Counted from the first letter of the stretch, positions 10,313-22,070 are shown. The stretch: 64,000 nucleotides of DNA from Bacillota bacterium (GCA_963666425.2 OY762825.2:2176001-2240000); one strand, 5' to 3'. Program-made: numbers and translations. The notes: generated by a model from the letters alone, not told the origin.

Positions 10313-10374
10313 AATTTAGTCATAGATACAAGCAGAAATTGACTTGTGTAAATCGCTTAGGAGGTGCTTGATTC

Positions 10375-10524
10375 ATGAGAGTCGGAATCAGTTTAGCTTG
10401 CACAGAATGTAAGCAGAGAAATTACCGGACAGAAAAAAACAAAAAGAAAAATACCGAGCGTCTGGAATTAAAAAAGTACTGCAAATTCTGCAAGACTCAC
10501 ACTTTGCATCGCGAAACGCGCTAG
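10375..10524 (+). CDS. rpmG: 50S ribosomal protein L33 (Zn-ribbon type)
   Basis: Read manually: [49 protein letters not shown]; RBS AGGAGG. Confidence 0.97.
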   Translation: MRVGISLACTECKQRNYRTEKNKKKNTERLELKKYCKFCKTHTLHRETR

Positions 10525-10536
10525 TGAGGTGATGAG

Positions 10537-10746
10537 ATGAAGTTTGTGGACAGATTTAAAGGTTGGGGTAAAGGGATTACAACGTTTTTCCGTGATATCC
10601 GCGGTGAGTTACGCAAAGTACAGTGGCCGGGCAAAAAAGAGACGATTGTTTACTCCGTTCTTGTCGCTGTTTTTACGTGCTTTGTGTCTTTGTTGATTTG
10701 GTTGATTGACTCAATCTTCAGCACGTTGCTGTCTTTCATTATATAA
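10537..10746 (+). CDS. secE: Preprotein translocase subunit SecE
   Basis: ELRKVQWP motif plus one TM helix; synteny. Confidence 0.95.
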   Translation: MKFVDRFKGWGKGITTFFRDIRGELRKVQWPGKKETIVYSVLVAVFTCFVSLLIWLIDSIFSTLLSFII

Positions 10747-10780
10747 TGTCTGCCAGGAAGGGAAGAGGTGAGACTGCGTA

Positions 10781-11317
10781 ATGAAGAGAGAATGGTACAT
10801 TGTTCATACTTATTCGGGTTATGAAAATAAGGTCAAAGATAACCTGGAAAAAAGAGTAGAAACAATGGAAATGCAGGACAAAATCTTTCGGGTTGAAGTT
10901 CCTACCGATGATGAGGTTGAAATCAAAGACTCCAAAAAGAAATTGACCAAACGAAAATTATATCCCGGTTATGTGTTGGTTGAGATGATTTATACCGATG
11001 ATTCCTGGTATGTTGTCCGGAATACGCCCGGTGTAACCGGCTTCATCAGCAGTGACAACAACAAACCAATTCCCATGGAGACAGAGGAAGTGGATCGGAT
11101 TATCGGTCGCCAAGCCCAAAATTTAGAGCATATTGTTTATATTGATTTGGCAGTCGGAGATAAAGTGGAAGTAATCGAAGGCCCTTTTGCCGGTAAAAAC
11201 GGTACGATTCTCGAAATCGATTTGGAACAACAATATTTAAAAGTTTTGCTATCTGTTTTCGGCTTCGGTCGGGAGGTTCCAACGGAACTGGCTTTGACCG
11301 ACGTGAAAAAAGCATAG
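10781..11317 (+). CDS. nusG: Transcription factor NusG
   Basis: WYIVHTYSGYENKVK, YPGYVLV, KOW domain. Confidence 0.97.
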   Translation: MKREWYIVHTYSGYENKVKDNLEKRVETMEMQDKIFRVEVPTDDEVEIKDSKKKLTKRKLYPGYVLVEMIYTDDSWYVVRNTPGVTGFISSDNNKPIPMETEEVDRIIGRQAQNLEHIVYIDLAVGDKVEVIEGPFAGKNGTILEIDLEQQYLKVLLSVFGFGREVPTELALTDVKKA

Positions 11318-11408
11318 AAACGCAAGAAAATCTTATCTTGCGTTGCTTTTGTTGCAATCTAAAATTACTGTAACAGAAGAAATTTTATGAAAAGGAGGTG
11401 GAATAAAC

Positions 11409-11834
11409 ATGGCAAAGAAACTCGTTAAGGTTGTAAAACTGCAATTACCCGCCGCAAAAGCGACACCGGCACCACCTGTAGGGCCTACCCTCGGTCAAGC
11501 TGGTATCAATATGATGGCGTTTCTGAAAGAATTCAATGAAAAGACCGCTGCTCAGATTGGTTTGGTAATTCCTGTTGAAATTTCAGTGTATCAGGATCGT
11601 TCCTTCACGTTTGTATTGAAAACACCGCCGGCAGCAGTATTGCTGAAAAAGGCGTGCAATATCGATACCGCATCCGGAACACCCAGCACGAAAAAAGTGG
11701 GTAAGGTTTCCAAGGATAAAATCCGTGAAATCGCCCAAATGAAGATGCCCGATTTAAATGCCGCTTCTCTGGAAGCCGCAATGCGTATGGTTGAGGGTAC
11801 TGCCCGCAGTATGGGGATTGAGATCGAAGTGTAA
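11409..11834 (+). CDS. rplK: 50S ribosomal protein L11
   Basis: [16 protein letters not shown]. Confidence 0.98.
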   Translation: MAKKLVKVVKLQLPAAKATPAPPVGPTLGQAGINMMAFLKEFNEKTAAQIGLVIPVEISVYQDRSFTFVLKTPPAAVLLKKACNIDTASGTPSTKKVGKVSKDKIREIAQMKMPDLNAASLEAAMRMVEGTARSMGIEIEV

Positions 11835-11864
11835 TTCACCGGGATCCAACACTACCCGCAGCCA

Positions 11865-11893
11865 GTGGGAGGGGTAATCCCCCGTATGACCAC
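11865..11893 (+). promoter_or_regulatory. L1-binding autoregulatory RNA upstream of rplA
   Basis: GTGGGAG...GACCAC stem-internal-loop typical of L1 mRNA sites, next to the rplA RBS. Confidence 0.7.
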
Positions 11894-11909
11894 AAAGGAG
11901 GAAAAATAA

Positions 11910-12623
11910 ATGTCCCAACACGGAAAGAGATTTGCTGAAGCAGCAAAATTAGTGGATCGCAGCAAACAATACGAACCATTGGAAGCATTGGAACTGATCG
12001 GTAAGGTCAGCACCACAAAATTCGTTGAAACTGTGGATATCGCGGTTGTTTTGGGTGTGAATCCCAAACATGCCGATCAGAATGTCCGCGGTGCGGCAGT
12101 AATGCCTGCCGGTTTAGGTAAGACGGTGCGCGTCGTCGCTTTCGCTAAAGGCGATAAAGCAAAAGAAGCAGAAGAAGCCGGTGCCGATGTGGTTGGCGCC
12201 GAAGAATTGGTTGCAAAAATCCAAGCCGGCTGGTCAGATTTCGATGTAGCGGTTGCTACACCGGATGTCATGGGCTTAGTTGGCCGTTTGGGCCGTGTTC
12301 TTGGTCCGCGCGGCTTGATGCCAAACCCCAAGACTGGTACCGTTAGCATGGATATTGCAAAAGCGATTGCTGAGATCAAATCCGGTAAAGCGGAGTACCG
12401 TGTAGATAAAGCCGGTGTCATTCATGCACCGATCGGCAAGGCCAACTTTACGGTTGCTCAACTGGCAACGAACATGGAAGCTTTAATGGACGCTCTGGTG
12501 AAAGCACGTCCTGCAACTGCCAAAGGTCAATATATCAAATCCGTTACCATCACAACAACGATGGGACCTGGCATCCATATAAATCCCCTGCATGCTACAG
12601 GAAAACTTTTGCCGCAAACCTAA
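11910..12623 (+). CDS. rplA: 50S ribosomal protein L1
   Basis: [21 protein letters not shown]. Confidence 0.98.
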   Translation: MSQHGKRFAEAAKLVDRSKQYEPLEALELIGKVSTTKFVETVDIAVVLGVNPKHADQNVRGAAVMPAGLGKTVRVVAFAKGDKAKEAEEAGADVVGAEELVAKIQAGWSDFDVAVATPDVMGLVGRLGRVLGPRGLMPNPKTGTVSMDIAKAIAEIKSGKAEYRVDKAGVIHAPIGKANFTVAQLATNMEALMDALVKARPATAKGQYIKSVTITTTMGPGIHINPLHATGKLLPQT

Positions 12624-12629
12624 TTTGAC

Positions 12630-12770
12630 TTGACAAAGTCGAGCAAAGCAATTAGAATAAGTAACAGATCGTAGACAGCAGGTACACTTTTGTTTAAATA
12701 CCCTGCCGAGGTCGGAAATGTCGCTGATTATTAGCGGTATCCGTCTGTCTGCGGATGCCGCTTTTTCTAT
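12630..12770 (+). promoter_or_regulatory. rplJ promoter and L10 leader
   Basis: TTGACA-17-TAGAAT (12630-12658), then AGACAGCAGG...TTAA...CCTGCCGAGG and a downstream GCGG/CCGC-T tract. Confidence 0.8.
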
Positions 12771-12876
12771 AGCATGAATGATGACGAGCGCCTCAGGACA
12801 GTTGCTGTTCAGCTAGCTTTCCATTGCGTTTGCTATTGTTAAAGTGAATTTTGCAAAATAAGGGGGTGTATGTAAG

Positions 12877-13413
12877 ATGAATACGATTCGCGATCAGAAA
12901 ATGGCAGCAGTGCTTGAGATTAAAAACAAAATGCAGAGTGCACATTCCGTGCTTTTTATGGATTATAAGGGTATGAATGTTGCCACGGTAACCAGACTGC
13001 GTCGAAAATGCCGTGAAGCCGGTGTTGAGATGAAGGTTGTAAAAAATACTTTGACTCGCCGTGCCGCAACAGAGTTAGGCGTATCCGGAATCAATTCCAA
13101 ACTCGAAGGAACGACAGCAGCTTTCTTCGGTTTGAACGATCCCGTTTCTCCCGCCAAAGTTCTGGAAGCCTTTATTAAGGAAAACAAGCTGACTTTGGAG
13201 GTTAAAGCCGGTATTGTGGAAGGTAAAGTGATTGATGCAGCAGGCATCAAAGCGCTGGCCAGCCTACCCGATAAAAATGTTCTTATTGCTCAGGTTCTTG
13301 GCACACTCATTGCGCCGATCACCGGATTCTACTCTGTGCTGCAAGGCAATACCCGCAATTTGGTATATGCTTTGGAAGCAATTCGTCAGCAAAAAGAAGA
13401 AGCGGGCAACTAG
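12877..13413 (+). CDS. rplJ: 50S ribosomal protein L10
   Basis: DYKGMNV, VVKNTL; synteny. Confidence 0.96.
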   Translation: MNTIRDQKMAAVLEIKNKMQSAHSVLFMDYKGMNVATVTRLRRKCREAGVEMKVVKNTLTRRAATELGVSGINSKLEGTTAAFFGLNDPVSPAKVLEAFIKENKLTLEVKAGIVEGKVIDAAGIKALASLPDKNVLIAQVLGTLIAPITGFYSVLQGNTRNLVYALEAIRQQKEEAGN

Positions 13414-13464
13414 TTTGCCGGATGCTGCTTACTTTAATAAGAAAAATTTAGGAGGATGTTGAAA

Positions 13465-13839
13465 ATGAATAAAGAACAATTAATTGAAGCCATCAGCAAT
13501 TTGACCGTATTGGAATTAGCCGACCTGGTAAAAGCACTGGAAGAGAAATTTGGTGTTTCTGCTGCTGCTCCCGCCGCTGCTGCCGCTGCTCCTGTAGCCG
13601 CTGCCGCTGCTGTTGTGGAAGAAGAACAAACCGAATTTGATGTAATCCTTGAAACCATTGGCGACAAGAAAATCAATGTTATTAAAGTTGTTCGTGAAGT
13701 CACCGGCCTTGGCTTAACCGAGTCCAAAGCAATCGTTGACGGCGCACCCAAAGCGGTAAAAGAAAAGGTTTCCAAAGCCGACGGCGAAGAAATCGTCAAA
13801 AAGCTTGTTGAAGCCGGCGCTACTGCAAAATTGAAATAA
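13465..13839 (+). CDS. rplL: 50S ribosomal protein L7/L12
   Basis: EEKFGVSA, Ala-rich hinge, [16 protein letters not shown]. Confidence 0.98.
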   Translation: MNKEQLIEAISNLTVLELADLVKALEEKFGVSAAAPAAAAAAPVAAAAAVVEEEQTEFDVILETIGDKKINVIKVVREVTGLGLTESKAIVDGAPKAVKEKVSKADGEEIVKKLVEAGATAKLK

Positions 13840-13856
13840 TTGCTGATCTTCAGCAC

Positions 13857-13890
13857 AACGGGATATCCTGTTTGCAGGATATCCCGTTTT
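13857..13890 (+). terminator. Intrinsic terminator after rplL
   Basis: AACGGGATATCCTG-TTTG-CAGGATATCCCGTTTT. Confidence 0.8.
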
Positions 13891-14001
13891 CCATTTACAG
13901 CCCGTTCAGCCCGCTTGCGCGCTGAACGGGCTGTGCTGGCACGTGATCCGAGCACGAGACGGATACCGGTGAATTAGCAGTTGTTTTCTGCTCCGGTACT
14001 C

Positions 14002-14030
14002 TTGACAAAAAAAAGATCCTATGGTAATAT
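14002..14030 (+). promoter_or_regulatory. rpoBC promoter
   Basis: TTGACA-17-TAATAT with TGn extended -10. Confidence 0.7.
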
Positions 14031-14216
14031 AGATAATTGCAATAGTGTAGGATGGACTTATTGTTCTTTCTGCACCTATGTTAATTTGTTCCGTGACAGG
14101 AACTTCGATTTTGAGGATGAAATAAGCGAGGAGTCGTGAGCAGGTATGAAAATTAATAAATACCTGCTTTTTTAGTTACTCTGATGCTTCCGAAATCCAA
14201 ACAAGGGGTGACAAAT

Positions 14217-17200
14217 TTGGACGGTAAGATGGTCAGATCCGGAATGCGCGAGCGCTTTTCTTTCTCCAGAATTGATGAAGTGCTGCCAATTCCGAATCTA
14301 ATTGAGGTTCAACAGAGTTCTTACCAATGGTTCCTGAATGTTGGCTTGAAAGAGTTACTACGGGATATTTCTCCGGTTCAGGATTTTACCAACAATTTGA
14401 GTCTTTTCTTTGGTGATTATCGTTTGGGTGAACCGAAATATACGGTGGACAGCTCAAAAGAACGAGATGTCACTTATGCTGCTCCAATGCGTGTGAGAGT
14501 CATGCTCAGTAATAAGCAAACCGGAGAAGTGAAAGAACAGGAAGTTTTCATGGGGGATTTTCCTCTGATGACCGATCAGGGTACTTTCATTATCAACGGT
14601 GCAGAACGCGTTATCGTCAGCCAATTGGTAAGGTCTCCTGGCGCTTATTTTGTCTGGACCGTTGATGCCAATAACAACCGTGTCTACAGCTCTCAGATCA
14701 TCCCAAACCGAGGGGCATGGCTTGAGTTTGAGACTGATGCGAACAATGCTTTATATACACGGATTGATCGCAACCGTAAACTTCCTGTCACTGTTTTGTT
14801 GCGTGTTTTGGGTTTGGCGCAAAACGCTGAAATCCTGGATTTCTTTAACGATGATCCTCGCCTGAAGATTACGCTGGAAAAAGATACGACAGACAGCCGT
14901 ATCGCCGCTCTTTTTGAAATCTATAAAAAATTGCGTCCCGGTGAACCGCCGACAGAAGACAGTGCCATGAATTTAATCAAGACACTCTTCTTTGATCCGC
15001 GTCGTTATGATTTGATGCAGGTTGGACGCTATAAAATGAATAAGAAGCTGGCTTTGCAGCGCCGTGCGCTGGGACGCATTGCTTCCCGTGCCATCGTGAC
15101 CGAACAAAATATCTATACGGATCAGGGAGCACTCCTGCTTTCCGCCGGTGAAGTGATTGCCAGCCAAGGCGATGTGCTGACCCGGGATCATTTTCAAAAA
15201 TGTATGGAAGCCGGAATCAACGTAGTTTATGTGTTTGCCGGCGACGGCGAGCATGAAATCAAGGTAATTGGCAACGGTTATCAATGTACCACCTGGCAGG
15301 AACGCCTCTTGGGTCAGCGTTTAGCAGAGGCAATGCTGATCGACGATCAAGTCCTTGTCAGCGCCGGTGAGGTGCTGGATGAGAATCATCTGGCCGCTTT
15401 CCTGCCCTCTGTTGAGGAAGGCAGCCTAAGGCAAGTCACGATTCAAGTTGATGATGCTGTCCAGACGGTTTATTTAGGGGATCAATATCATTTGAGAGAC
15501 GAAAAGCACCTGACCATCGAGGATATTTTAGCTGCTGTCAGTTATCAGCTGAACATTATGGATGGTTTAGGTAATCGGGATGATATCGATCATTTAGGCA
15601 ATCGCCGCCTGCGTTCAGTGGGAGAATTACTGCAGAATCAGTTCCGGGTTGGCTTAGCTCGGATGGAACGTGTCATTCGCGAGCGGATGTCAATCCAGAA
15701 TACCGAACAGGTTACACCGCAGGCCTTGATTAATATTCGCCCGGTGGTAGCTTCAATCAAAGAATTTTTTGGTTCCAGTCAGTTGTCACAATTTATGGAT
15801 CAAACCAATCCTTTGGCAGAATTAGCGCATAAGCGACGTTTAAGTGCGCTTGGTCCCGGCGGTTTGAGCCGAGACCGGGCTGGATTTGAAGTCCGCGACG
15901 TGCATGCCAGCCATTATGGCAGAATGTGTCCGATTGAATCTCCCGAAGGTCCGAACATTGGCTTGATTGGCTCGCTGACCACCTATGCCCGGATTAACCA
16001 GTATGGTTTTATTGAAACGCCGTACCGCCGGGTCAATCAGGAAACCGGACAGGTAACCAGTGTGATCGATTATCTGACTGCCGATGAAGAAGATGAATTC
16101 ATTTGTACGCAAGCCAATACACCTCTGACGGTAGACCATTATTTTATCCAGGATAAAATCACTGTGCGGCTGCGCAACCTGGAAATCAAACAGGTATCAC
16201 CTAAAGATGTGGATTATATGGATGTATCCCCCAAACAATTGTTTTCTGTGGCTACCACCATGGTCCCCTTCCTGGAGCATGATGATGCTTCCCGCGCTTT
16301 GATGGGCTCCAACATGCAAAAACAGGCGGTCCCTCTGCTCGTGCCAAAGGCTCCTTTTGTTGGCACCGGTATGGAAGGAAAAGCCGCGATTGACTCCGGT
16401 GTCTGTGTGATCTCCCGCCGCAAAGGTGTGGTCATCCGCGCCACCGCCGATCAGATCAAAGTCTTGGGTGACGATAATGAAGTCGATACGTTCAAACTGA
16501 CCAAGTTCACCCGCTCCAATCAGGGAACTTGCATGAACCAACGCGTGATCTGTTACAAAGGTCAGCTTGTCGAAAAAGGTGACGTTCTAGCGGACGGCCC
16601 TGCCACCGAAAGCGGCGAATTGGCGCTCGGCAAAAATGTTCTGGCGGCTTATATGCCTTGGGAAGGCTATAATTATGAGGACGCGATTCTTTTATCCGAA
16701 AAAGTAGTGCGGGAAGATATTTTCACCTCCATTCATATTGAAGAATACGAATCGGATGCGCGGGATACCAAACTCGGACCGGAAGAAATTACTCGTGATA
16801 TCCCCAATGTCGGCGAAGATCAGCTGAGAGATTTAGATGACCGCGGTATCATCCGCATCGGTGCGGATGTTCGCTCCGGAGATATTTTGGTCGGCAAGGT
16901 CACTCCCAAAGGAGAAACCGAACTAACATCGGAAGAACGTTTGCTGCGCGCGATCTTTGGTGAAAAAGCCAGAGAAGTCAGAGATACTTCGTTACGCGTA
17001 CCAAATGGTGAATCCGGTAAAATTGTGGATGTGAAAGTGTTCTCACGCGAGAACAATGATGAATTATCCCCTGGCGTCAATGAATTGGTCCGTGTCTATA
17101 TCGCACAAAAGCGTAAAATCAGCGTTGGCGATAAAATGGCCGGCCGTCATGGCAACAAGGGTGTTGTCTCCCGTATTATGGCGGAAGAAGATATGCCTTA

Positions 17201-18161
17201 CCTGCCGGACGGCACCCCGATCCAAATTGTGCTGAACCCCTTGGGTGTTCCTTCCCGAATGAATATCGGACAAATCATGGAAGTTCACATTGGTGCTGCC
17301 GCACAGAAATTAGATATTCACATTGCGACACCTGTTTTCGACGGGGCTGATGAGCAGGACGTGCTGGACGCCTTAAGGGAAGCAAAAATGGAAGAAGACG
17401 GCAAGAGCATCCTATATGACGGCCGCACCGGCGACCCCTTTGAAAATCGTGTCACGGTTGGTTATGTCTATATGCTGAAGTTATTCCATTTGGTCGACGA
17501 TAAGATCCACGCCCGTTCGACCGGACCTTATTCGCTGGTAACCCAACAACCGTTGGGAGGGAAAGCGCAATTTGGCGGACAGCGTTTCGGTGAAATGGAA
17601 GTATGGGCCCTGGAAGCCTATGGCGCTGCCTATACCCTGCAGGAATTACTGACTGTCAAATCAGACGATGTCATCGGCCGCGTTAAAACATATGAAGCGA
17701 TTGTCAAAGGCGAGAATGTCCCGGAACCGGGCATCCCTGAATCGTTTAAAGTTTTAATCAAAGAGCTGCAGAGTCTGTGTCTGGATGTAAAAGTGTATTC
17801 TGCCGATAACAATGAAATTGTCATTCGCGAAACGGACGATGACATCGGTGAAACCGCCCGCGAGTTGGATCTCAATATCGAGGCTCCGGAAGCAGACCTG
17901 ATGCTGGACGGAATGGAAGAACCGGAGGATCCATTGGATAATGAAGATTTACCTTTGGATTACCCGATGCTCGATTCGACGGAAGAAATTGGCCGGCATG
18001 AGGGAACAGCAAAGAAAGAATTGATTATTGATGATGCAAAATTGGCACAATTGGCGAAACTGGTTGCTTCAAGACTGGAAGACGAATTCCTGGATGAAGA
18101 TCTTCTTGATTCTGATGAGGAAGAAGACGAAGAAGAAGATGAGAATCCGAAATCGCGTTAG
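14217..18161 (+). CDS. rpoB: RNA polymerase beta subunit
   Basis: [20 protein letters not shown] region [30 protein letters not shown]; likely TTG start at 14217 after AAGGGGTG. Confidence 0.99.
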   Translation: MDGKMVRSGMRERFSFSRIDEVLPIPNLIEVQQSSYQWFLNVGLKELLRDISPVQDFTNNLSLFFGDYRLGEPKYTVDSSKERDVTYAAPMRVRVMLSNKQTGEVKEQEVFMGDFPLMTDQGTFIINGAERVIVSQLVRSPGAYFVWTVDANNNRVYSSQIIPNRGAWLEFETDANNALYTRIDRNRKLPVTVLLRVLGLAQNAEILDFFNDDPRLKITLEKDTTDSRIAALFEIYKKLRPGEPPTEDSAMNLIKTLFFDPRRYDLMQVGRYKMNKKLALQRRALGRIASRAIVTEQNIYTDQGALLLSAGEVIASQGDVLTRDHFQKCMEAGINVVYVFAGDGEHEIKVIGNGYQCTTWQERLLGQRLAEAMLIDDQVLVSAGEVLDENHLAAFLPSVEEGSLRQVTIQVDDAVQTVYLGDQYHLRDEKHLTIEDILAAVSYQLNIMDGLGNRDDIDHLGNRRLRSVGELLQNQFRVGLARMERVIRERMSIQNTEQVTPQALINIRPVVASIKEFFGSSQLSQFMDQTNPLAELAHKRRLSALGPGGLSRDRAGFEVRDVHASHYGRMCPIESPEGPNIGLIGSLTTYARINQYGFIETPYRRVNQETGQVTSVIDYLTADEEDEFICTQANTPLTVDHYFIQDKITVRLRNLEIKQVSPKDVDYMDVSPKQLFSVATTMVPFLEHDDASRALMGSNMQKQAVPLLVPKAPFVGTGMEGKAAIDSGVCVISRRKGVVIRATADQIKVLGDDNEVDTFKLTKFTRSNQGTCMNQRVICYKGQLVEKGDVLADGPATESGELALGKNVLAAYMPWEGYNYEDAILLSEKVVREDIFTSIHIEEYESDARDTKLGPEEITRDIPNVGEDQLRDLDDRGIIRIGADVRSGDILVGKVTPKGETELTSEERLLRAIFGEKAREVRDTSLRVPNGESGKIVDVKVFSRENNDELSPGVNELVRVYIAQKRKISVGDKMAGRHGNKGVVSRIMAEEDMPYLPDGTPIQIVLNPLGVPSRMNIGQIMEVHIGAAAQKLDIHIATPVFDGADEQDVLDALREAKMEEDGKSILYDGRTGDPFENRVTVGYVYMLKLFHLVDDKIHARSTGPYSLVTQQPLGGKAQFGGQRFGEMEVWALEAYGAAYTLQELLTVKSDDVIGRVKTYEAIVKGENVPEPGIPESFKVLIKELQSLCLDVKVYSADNNEIVIRETDDDIGETARELDLNIEAPEADLMLDGMEEPEDPLDNEDLPLDYPMLDSTEEIGRHEGTAKKELIIDDAKLAQLAKLVASRLEDEFLDEDLLDSDEEEDEEEDENPKSR

Positions 18162-18212
18162 TTTGTCTAATCTGTGCACAATTGGCTGTACTATAGAAGG
18201 GAGATAATGCTC

Positions 18213-21200
18213 ATGCTGGATGTCAACATTGCTTCCATGAAAATTGGACTTGCTTCCTCAGAGCAGATTCGCAAATGGTCTCGCGGTGAGGTAAAAAAAC
18301 CGGAGACGATCAATTACCGTACTTTAAAGCCAGAAAAAGATGGGTTGTTTTGCGAGAAGATTTTTGGGCCTACCAAAGATTGGGAATGCTATTGCGGTAA
18401 GTACAAGAGAATTCGCTATAAAGGCATTGTTTGTGATCGATGCGGTGTGGAAGTGACCCGCGCCAAGGTTCGCCGTGAACGGATGGGTCATATTGAATTG
18501 GCGGCACCCGTCTCGCATATTTGGTTCTTTAAAGGAATTCCAAGCCGTATGGGTTTGATTTTGGATATGTCTCCCCGTATCTTAGAAAAAGTGCTTTATT
18601 TTGCCGCTTATATTGTGTTGGATCCCGGTAAGGGGACCGAGCTGACGGAGAAAGAAATCCTCAACGAAGCGCAATATCGGGAAGCACGGGATAAGTATGG
18701 TTCTGCCGGATTCAGAGCCGGGATGGGTGCCGAATCGGTACGGGAATTGCTGGAAAAAGTGAATCTGGAAGATCTTTGCGCCGAATTACGCAATGAGATC
18801 AAGACAACATCCGGTCAGCGCAAGACACGCGCCAGCCGTCGCTTGGAGGCAGCGGAAGCGTTTCGTAAATCCGGTAACCGTCCGGAATGGATGGTGATGG
18901 ATGCGGTGCCGGTGATTCCTCCCGAATTGCGTCCGATGGTACAGTTGGACGGCGGGCGCTTTGCCACCTCGGATCTGAATGATCTCTACCGCCGTGTGAT
19001 CAACCGCAACAATCGTTTGAAAAAATTGCTCGAGTTGGGTGCTCCTGATATCATTGTTCGCAATGAAAAACGCATGCTGCAGGAAGCCGTTGACGCTTTG
19101 ATTGATAATGGCCGGCGCGGTCGGCCGGTAACAGGCGCCGGCAACCGTCCTCTGAAATCCTTAAGTGAAATGCTGAAGGGAAAGCAGGGGCGTTTCCGTC
19201 AGAACTTGTTGGGGAAACGCGTCGACTATTCCGGGCGTTCCGTGATCGTGGTTGGGCCGGAACTGAAGATGTATCAATGCGGTTTACCAAAAGAAATGGC
19301 TTTGGAGCTGTTTAAACCTTTTGTGATGAAGGTTTTAGTGCAAAGAGGTTTGGCGCATAATATTAAATCAGCCAAACGAAAAGTGGAACGGGTCAGTGAC
19401 GAAGTTTGGGATGTCTTGGAAGAAGTCATCAAAGGTCACCCGGTGATGTTGAACCGTGCTCCCACTTTGCATCGTCTTGGTATTCAGGCATTTGAACCGA
19501 TTTTAGTCGAAGGACGCGCCATCAAGCTGCATCCTCTGGTCTGTCATGGTTTCAATGCCGACTTCGATGGTGACCAAATGGCTGTGCATGTGCCGCTTTC
19601 TCCGGAAGCGCAGTCAGAAGCTCGCTTCCTGATGATGTCTACCAATAATATTTTGAACCCCAAAGATGGCAAACCGGAAATCACACCGCAGCAGGATATG
19701 ATCTTGGGCAGTTATTATCTAACCATCGTGCGCGATGGTGCGATCGGCAGCGGCAATATCTTTATCAATTTTGAAGAAGCTTTAATGGCGTATCAAACCG
19801 GTGTCCTGCATTTGCAGGCACCAATCAAGGTGCGCCGCCGCGTGACGATGGCAGACGGTACGCCAGTGACGAAAATCATTCCTACCACAGTAGGACGGAT
19901 GATCCTCAATGAAAAAGTACCGCAGGATCTTGGCTTTGTGGATCGGACCAATCCGGAGACCGTCTGTAATTTGGAAGTAGATTTCCCGATCGATAAAGGT
20001 GCCTTGGGTGAAGTGGTCTGGCGCGTTTACCAGATTCATGGCAATGCCGGCACAGCGGAAGTCATCAATAATATCAAAAACTTGGCTTTCAATTATGCCA
20101 CCCGCGGCGGTATCAGTATCGGTCTGCAGGACGTAGCCGTGCCGAAAGAAAAACCAGAAATTCTGGAACGCGCGGAAAAAGAAGTAGAAAAAGTCGAACG
20201 CTATTTTGCCCGCGGCCATATCAGCGAAAAAGAACGCTATGACAAAGTGGTTGCTCTGTGGAGTGCGGCTACCAAGGAAGTTCAGTCTAAATTGGAAGGT
20301 TCCATGGATAAATTCAATCCGATTTATATGATGGCAACTTCGAAGGCCAGAGCGAATATGTCTCAGTTGGGTCAGTTGGCCGGTATGCGTGGTCTGATGA
20401 CAGATCCCACCGGACGTATCATCGACTTGCCGATCAAATCGAATTTCCGGGAAGGACTTTCCGTACTGGAATACTTCATTTCTACCCATGGTACAAGAAA
20501 AGGCTTAGCGGATACTGCGCTGCGCACCGCCGACTCCGGTTATTTGACCAGACGCCTGGTTGATGTCTCTCAGGATGTGATCATCCGTGAAGATGACTGT
20601 GGGACAACCAATGGAATAGAGATGATTGAGATCCGCGACGGACGTCAATTGATCGAAAAATTGGAAGAACGTCTGGTTGGACGCTATTCTTCTATTGACA
20701 TTGCGGTTCCCGAACTGGTGGCTGCAGATACGGGTGAGCTGATTGCAGAAGCGACAGCACAGACGCATGGCACCATAGACGAAGAGAACCAGTTACTCTT
20801 TGTGCAGAGCGGTGAAGCGATCACGGTGGATATCGCCAAAGAAATCTGTAGCTATGGCATCATCAAGAGCAAAGTCAATGGGATGGCGCGGATTGTGAAC
20901 AACAGTGTGGTGGTAACCGATGCTGAGGGCCTTGAACATATCTACTATCTCTATCTGAAACCGGATGGGCAGGTGCAGAAACCAGCTGCTGTTGATCAGA
21001 TGAAAGTAAAAGTCGGCGACGCCTTAAGCGAACCGCTGATTACCAAAGTGCTCTGTCGTTCTGTCCTGACCTGCGCGACCCGTCATGGTGTCTGCGTGAA
21101 ATGCTACGGCCGCAATATGTCCAACGGTCGGATGGTCGATGTAGGTGAAGCGGTGGGTATCATCGCGGCACAATCCATCGGCGAACCGGGAACACAGCTG

Positions 21201-22010
21201 ACCATGCGGACCTTCCATACCGGCGGTGTCGCCAGCAGTGAAGATATTACACAAGGTTTACCGCGTGTAGAAGAGGTTTTTGAGGCGCGTAAACCCAAAG
21301 GTCAGGCCAGCATGACGGTGATTACCGGTAAGGTGAAAATCATCGAAAATAAAGGCAAACGCGAAATCGAAGTCACTGCCGATGATGGTGAAGTGCATGC
21401 TTATCCGGCGCCATTCGGCGTTAATCTGTTGGTCAAAGACAATGATTTGGTGAACATCGGTGATCCTCTGACTTCCGGCAGCTTGAATCCTCACGATTTA
21501 CTGACCTTCAAAGGGGTCAATGCCGTGCAGAATTATATGGTGCAGGAAATCCAAAAGGTCTATCGTAACCAGGGTGTTGAAATCAATGATAAGCATATTG
21601 AAGTCATTGTCCGGCAGATGCTGCGCAAGGTGCGGGTGGAAGAAGCCGGCGATACCGATCTGTTGACCAATGGCATCATCGACATCTTTGATTTTGAAGA
21701 TGCCAATGCCAATGCCTTCGCTGCAGGATTGGAACCTGCGGTGGCTAATCCAATTTTGTTAGGAATTACCAAAGCATCCCTGGCAACCGATTCCTTCCTG
21801 TCGGCCGCTTCCTTCCAGGAGACGACCAGAGTCTTAACGGAAGCTGCGATCAAAGGCAAGAGCGATCCCTTGCTTGGTTTAAAAGAAAACGTGATCATCG
21901 GCAAATTGATTCCGGCCGGAACAGGGATGCCGATTTACCGCGACGTTTTGCTGGAAGATCCCGCCGAAGAATTCCTCAGCAAGTCCGGATCGGATGAGAT
22001 TGATCCCTAA
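18213..22010 (+). CDS. rpoC: RNA polymerase beta' subunit
   Basis: Zn-binding Cys clusters, [24 protein letters not shown]; start 18213 chosen on RBS spacing. Confidence 0.99.
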   Translation: MLDVNIASMKIGLASSEQIRKWSRGEVKKPETINYRTLKPEKDGLFCEKIFGPTKDWECYCGKYKRIRYKGIVCDRCGVEVTRAKVRRERMGHIELAAPVSHIWFFKGIPSRMGLILDMSPRILEKVLYFAAYIVLDPGKGTELTEKEILNEAQYREARDKYGSAGFRAGMGAESVRELLEKVNLEDLCAELRNEIKTTSGQRKTRASRRLEAAEAFRKSGNRPEWMVMDAVPVIPPELRPMVQLDGGRFATSDLNDLYRRVINRNNRLKKLLELGAPDIIVRNEKRMLQEAVDALIDNGRRGRPVTGAGNRPLKSLSEMLKGKQGRFRQNLLGKRVDYSGRSVIVVGPELKMYQCGLPKEMALELFKPFVMKVLVQRGLAHNIKSAKRKVERVSDEVWDVLEEVIKGHPVMLNRAPTLHRLGIQAFEPILVEGRAIKLHPLVCHGFNADFDGDQMAVHVPLSPEAQSEARFLMMSTNNILNPKDGKPEITPQQDMILGSYYLTIVRDGAIGSGNIFINFEEALMAYQTGVLHLQAPIKVRRRVTMADGTPVTKIIPTTVGRMILNEKVPQDLGFVDRTNPETVCNLEVDFPIDKGALGEVVWRVYQIHGNAGTAEVINNIKNLAFNYATRGGISIGLQDVAVPKEKPEILERAEKEVEKVERYFARGHISEKERYDKVVALWSAATKEVQSKLEGSMDKFNPIYMMATSKARANMSQLGQLAGMRGLMTDPTGRIIDLPIKSNFREGLSVLEYFISTHGTRKGLADTALRTADSGYLTRRLVDVSQDVIIREDDCGTTNGIEMIEIRDGRQLIEKLEERLVGRYSSIDIAVPELVAADTGELIAEATAQTHGTIDEENQLLFVQSGEAITVDIAKEICSYGIIKSKVNGMARIVNNSVVVTDAEGLEHIYYLYLKPDGQVQKPAAVDQMKVKVGDALSEPLITKVLCRSVLTCATRHGVCVKCYGRNMSNGRMVDVGEAVGIIAAQSIGEPGTQLTMRTFHTGGVASSEDITQGLPRVEEVFEARKPKGQASMTVITGKVKIIENKGKREIEVTADDGEVHAYPAPFGVNLLVKDNDLVNIGDPLTSGSLNPHDLLTFKGVNAVQNYMVQEIQKVYRNQGVEINDKHIEVIVRQMLRKVRVEEAGDTDLLTNGIIDIFDFEDANANAFAAGLEPAVANPILLGITKASLATDSFLSAASFQETTRVLTEAAIKGKSDPLLGLKENVIIGKLIPAGTGMPIYRDVLLEDPAEEFLSKSGSDEIDP

Positions 22011-22070
22011 CAGGGTCAATCGTGTCTCTATAGATAGATTATGTAATAATTAAAAACATTGCACAATTGA

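Noticed and set aside
8702-10374. tRNA genes expected around tuf/rpmG
   Set aside because: No cloverleaf or GTTCRA T-loop seen in the intergenic stretches
13555-13612. GCT/GCC trinucleotide-like repeat
   Set aside because: Normal Ala-rich hinge of L7/L12
14052-14084. 10-codon ORF (MDLLFFLHLC) in the rpoB leader
   Set aside because: No properly spaced RBS; expected by chance
19782-20489. 235-aa minus-strand ORF, and similar long antisense ORFs at 8673-9233, 58634-59704 and 62476-63285
   Set aside because: Opposite well-conserved genes, no motifs; explained by codon bias
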